From Candidatus Dadabacteria bacterium (lineage in GTDB: Bacteria > Desulfobacterota_D > UBA1144 > Nemesobacterales > JADFKM01), in the NCBI GenBank assembly GCA_022564935.1, contig JADFKM010000001.1, positions 464-64,463 of the forward strand: 64,000 nt of DNA, given 5' to 3'. A program made the position numbers and the translations under genes. The number at the start of each line of letters is the position of its first letter. Within the stretch, counting starts at the first letter, position 1. Under the pieces are notes generated by a model. The model did not search any database, was not told where the DNA came from, and worked only from the letters and a program-made list of their open reading frames with translations. This document shows positions 60,700-64,000 of the stretch, in pieces.

Positions 60700-61410
60700 A
60701 TGAGAACCCAGCAGTCCCGCTCAATTTTTTTCATCTTACTGATTTCTGCTCTCCTCATGCTTCAGGCCTGCGCCGCTCATGCGCCGCGCGGATGGGTTGG
60801 GACGGGAGTGGGCCGCTACTCCGGGGCCGAGATAGGATACTTTTTCGAGGTTGCGTGCGGCTCCGAGTTCGGGAGCTCGACGCCTAGGATAAGGAAGTGG
60901 ATGGGCCGGGTGAGGGTGGCCGCCGAAGGCTCGCCCACCCCCGAAGATTTGAGTGTCCTTGAGGCGGTCGCGGGCGAAGTCAACCGTATTACAGGCCTTG
61001 AGCTGGTGGTGTTCGACCCCGTTTCCCCTAACGTGGTCGTGTACTTCGTGCCTGAGTCACGGTTCAAATACTACGAGCCGAACTACGTCCCCAAAAACTA
61101 CGGCTTTATGTGGGCGTGGTGGAGGGGCTCCGGTGAGATTTACAAAGCCAGGGTGATGATTTCGACCACTGGGATTACTCAGTCTGCGCGCTCACACCTG
61201 ATCAGGGAGGAGCTGACTCAGGCTTTGGGGCTGATGAACGACTCGTGGAGATACATGGACAGCGTATTCTATCAGGGGTGGATGGAGGTGACCGAGTACT
61301 CCCAGCATGACAGAGCCGTGATAGAGATCCTTTACAACAAACTGATAACGCCGGGAATGACTCGCGAGAGGGTTATTGAGATTTTGCGGCAAACAGGGGG
61401 AAGCTCATAA
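60700..61410 (+). CDS. DUF2927 family lipoprotein
   Basis: LQAC lipobox, IRKW, REELTQALGL.ND, SVF, ILY. Confidence 0.8.
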   Translation: MRTQQSRSIFFILLISALLMLQACAAHAPRGWVGTGVGRYSGAEIGYFFEVACGSEFGSSTPRIRKWMGRVRVAAEGSPTPEDLSVLEAVAGEVNRITGLELVVFDPVSPNVVVYFVPESRFKYYEPNYVPKNYGFMWAWWRGSGEIYKARVMISTTGITQSARSHLIREELTQALGLMNDSWRYMDSVFYQGWMEVTEYSQHDRAVIEILYNKLITPGMTRERVIEILRQTGGSS

Positions 61411-61863
61411 GAGGTTCCGGCCGCTTGGGGAAACGGCGGCAGGGGAGAGAAGCTCGGTCCGGTACCTGCCGCTGCGGCTTATGATTTGCACGGCCTTTGC
61501 CTTGAGCACGTTTTTGAATTTGAAAAGGAAGTACCTCTTTTCTTTCTTGAACCTGCCGTAGACCTTAAGGAAGTCGCCCTTTTTGATGGAGAGGTGTCCC
61601 TTGGCGTATACCCTGACGCGGTTTTTGCCGGGGTCCGTCAATCTGAACAGCGTGTACGGCTTTCCCTTGCGCGACTCGGTGAAGCGAACCTTGTCCACCT
61701 TGCCTTCCAGGGCTATCTTCCGGCCGTCGAACGCTTTGGGAGACTTCACAACGCCCTTAATTGAAAGAACAGGGTCGGGGATTTCTCCCGTTTGCGCGTT
61801 GGCGGCGCCCCATGAAAGCGCAACGACCGATACTATAACGAAGAGCGACCTGAGAATCATCAC
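61405..61863 (-). CDS. Secreted OB-fold-like protein
   Basis: Signal peptide, P..FDG..I.LEGKV, PYTLFRL.D, GD.LKVYG.F. Confidence 0.6.
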   Translation of the reverse strand: MMILRSLFVIVSVVALSWGAANAQTGEIPDPVLSIKGVVKSPKAFDGRKIALEGKVDKVRFTESRKGKPYTLFRLTDPGKNRVRVYAKGHLSIKKGDFLKVYGRFKKEKRYFLFKFKNVLKAKAVQIISRSGRYRTELLSPAAVSPSGRNLL

Positions 61864-62098
61864 TTCCTTACTCCTTTGGCTTCCTTACCTTACCATATTA
61901 GATGGCTGTTGCATGCAAGAAGATTCACACTCTATCATACAAAATTGGTATAAATAAATACCGGAGCAATAGGTTTCAACAAATTTTTACGGATTAGCTT
62001 CTTGGATCACTCCCTTCCTTCCCATATCCACTGCATTTGTTATTATTCACCAGTCGTATAAAAATCCGCTGTTTTAAAATATAGCACCTAAAAAACTA

Positions 62099-62878
62099 AT
62101 GAAGATAAACAATATTTCCAGAGAGCTTCTGCTCAGCGTGTATATTCGGCTCCCACTGCTGGTTTCATTGCCCTTGAACCTGCCAATGTATTTTAGGCTG
62201 TCGGGGTCTGAATTGCGTCTCCTTTTGAGAGAGTGGTACCACAATTTTAGGGTGCTTGGTTTCCCTACTCCTCAGAACCCTGGGATGCCCGGACTGAACC
62301 AGGGGTCTAAGCAGTGGATATTGTTCAAGCTCATAGACAGGGCCATAGCTCTTTGCAGGGAACAGGGAGAGTCAATAAAGGGGGTGGAGCTTTTCTGCGC
62401 CGACGGGTTCTACGCTAACTATGCCGTCCAAAGGGGGGCGGAAAGCGTTATGGGCATCGATAATGACACCTACCAGCAGGATAAGGCCAGGTTGATAACC
62501 AAGCTGCTTCATAACGAGGGGAAAATTTCGTTTGCTGAGCGCGATGTGTTTGATCTACCAGACTCCTATGATTTCTGTATCTGCGCTGGGGGGCTGTACC
62601 ATTTGTCGAATCCAAGCGACCTCTTGAAGCTGTTGAGAGAAAGTATCCATACAGCCCTTGTGATACAGACTGTTTACTCCCTAGCGATCGAGGCTGAGGA
62701 TTATTTTGAGACCCCCGCCCCCCATTGGACGTGGGGGTGTAGGTTCAGCCATTTGTACCTGTTGCAAATGGTCACCGATTGCGGATGGGAGATATTGGAA
62801 TCGCATACGAACGAGCTTAAGGGGAACAAACGCCCTGAGGATAGAGGCTCGGCTTACCTCCTTTGCGTTCCAGAGTAG
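62099..62878 (+). CDS. Class I SAM-dependent methyltransferase (DUF1698-like)
   Basis: VELFCADGFY, VMGID, YDF.IC.GGLYHL.NP. Confidence 0.8.
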   Translation: MKINNISRELLLSVYIRLPLLVSLPLNLPMYFRLSGSELRLLLREWYHNFRVLGFPTPQNPGMPGLNQGSKQWILFKLIDRAIALCREQGESIKGVELFCADGFYANYAVQRGAESVMGIDNDTYQQDKARLITKLLHNEGKISFAERDVFDLPDSYDFCICAGGLYHLSNPSDLLKLLRESIHTALVIQTVYSLAIEAEDYFETPAPHWTWGCRFSHLYLLQMVTDCGWEILESHTNELKGNKRPEDRGSAYLLCVPE

Positions 62879-62980
62879 CTTGCCTACGCGTTCCTAATCA
62901 TCTTCGTCCTTTAAAGAGTAGACAGGGTGTTGAGAGCGATGGGATTCCCTAATACCTGACATCTGTTATTATTGAGAGTT

Positions 62981-63364
62981 ATGGGAAAGTTCGCAGTGCG
63001 TCCCGAAAAAGAGAGGGCGCTACTTGAGCGAATGAAGAAGCTGCGCATTAGCGAAGGGGACCTTGCGGAGTCCTTCGTCAGCTCGGGCGGGCCAGGGGGC
63101 CAAAACGTCAACAGGACTGCCACATGCGTAGTGTTGAAGCACCTGCCGACCGGTGTAGTGGTAAAAGCACAGAGAGAGCGCACGCAATCACTCAACCGTT
63201 TCCTTGCGCGCCGGATGCTCGTGGAAAGGATCGAGAGGCTCGAGCTCGGAGAGGACTCACCCGAGGAGAAGAGGCGGGAGAAGTTGAGGAAGCGGAAAAA
63301 CAGGCGGCGCAGGCGGGCGAAGGCAAAGCACTCAGGCGCTGCCCGGGGCGCTGAAGAGCCGTGA
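62981..63364 (+). CDS. Short GGQ release-factor-like peptidyl-tRNA hydrolase
   Basis: SGGPGGQNVN, HLPTG, ERTQSLNR, basic C-terminal tail. Confidence 0.9.
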   Translation: MGKFAVRPEKERALLERMKKLRISEGDLAESFVSSGGPGGQNVNRTATCVVLKHLPTGVVVKAQRERTQSLNRFLARRMLVERIERLELGEDSPEEKRREKLRKRKNRRRRRAKAKHSGAARGAEEP

Positions 63365-63403
63365 GCTTGAGTGGCCCGGAGTCGCATTTGCGCTCTCAAA
63401 ATG

Positions 63404-63613
63404 CTATCCCCAGACGTAAATCTTCCTCCCGGACACGTCGAACCTGACGCTCCTGCCGCAGCATTCGGGGTACAGCTCGTAAATCCTGGCTGTGAGCTCC
63501 TTTTCGCGCTCTTTGACGAGGTCAGTGTCGTTGTCCAGCCTGGCGACCTGGACGGATTTTTGCATCTCGAACAATACTGCGTAATCCTCGTCGCGCACTG
63601 TAATGGGGTCCAT
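63404..63613 (-). CDS. Small hypothetical protein
   Basis: 69-aa ORF with a GGAGG RBS and host-like codons. Confidence 0.55.
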   Translation of the reverse strand: MDPITVRDEDYAVLFEMQKSVQVARLDNDTDLVKEREKELTARIYELYPECCGRSVRFDVSGRKIYVWG

Positions 63614-63800
63614 GCTGTCCCCTCCCTCTCGACCTCACTTTTTTGAATTCAAGACGCTCTTAGCCATTGTAGTTTTCAATTTTACAGGGTAAAACTATGA
63701 AAGCCAGAAAATCGGGGCAATTTACCTGACAAAAATACCGGCGTGATATAATATATATTAAACGGTTCGGTTGAGCGCACGTTCACAGAGAGGATAAAAG

Positions 63801-64000
63801 ATGCCTACAGACACTGAAGTGGTGCTTGAAGCAAACGACAAATTTTACCAGGCGCTCGGCACTAGAGACCTGGATTTGATGGAGACGGTGTGGGTGTGTG
63901 ATTCGCGCTCAAAGTGCGTTCATCCGGGCTGGACGATGCTAAATGGCTGGGACGCCATCAAGCAGAGCTGGGAAAATACTTTTGACCCTGTGGACCTGCT
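63801..64000 (+). CDS. SnoaL/NTF2-like protein (runs off the window)
   Basis: Translated by hand: MPTDTEVVLEANDKFYQAL..RDLDLM..VW...CVHPGW..L.GW..I..SW. Confidence 0.85.
   Translation, partial: MPTDTEVVLEANDKFYQALGTRDLDLMETVWVCDSRSKCVHPGWTMLNGWDAIKQSWENTFDPVDL

Overview
GC-rich bacterial chromosomal segment with a deltaproteobacterial-type gene order (nnr-tsaE-lysC-cimA, thiL plus paired CNNM genes, ftsB-DGC). A Dadabacteria/Desulfobacterota-like source is my impression, not something I can prove. Most of it is housekeeping: guaA, thiL, polA, dacB, rsmA, ftsB, acyP, nnr, tsaE, lysC, cimA, argC, coaX, lipA, bolA-grxD and a cusCBA-type metal efflux operon. Small AT-rich accessory genes are interspersed. 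I saw no rRNA, complete tRNA, CRISPR array, transposase or integrase. Highlights: (1) several genes are collapsed to a head joined to a tail (pyrE and moaA clearly; secreted ankyrin- and WG-repeat genes probably), alongside point-disrupted genes (guaA, a glyoxylate/D-glycerate reductase, an NDT-like gene); (2) a ~1.05 kb AT-rich island carrying an active-site-divergent PyrF is flanked by a duplicated polA 3' end; (3) a TIGR02391/HEPN-like gene is followed by a stand-alone copy of its own N-terminal domain with a duplicated promoter, a candidate two-gene toxin/defence module; (4) an intact sirtuin has most NAD-binding motifs rewritten; (5) an ftsB-coupled TM-GAF-GAF-GGDEF cyclase resembles Myxococcus DmxA. 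All family assignments come from motif recognition by eye; no searches were run.
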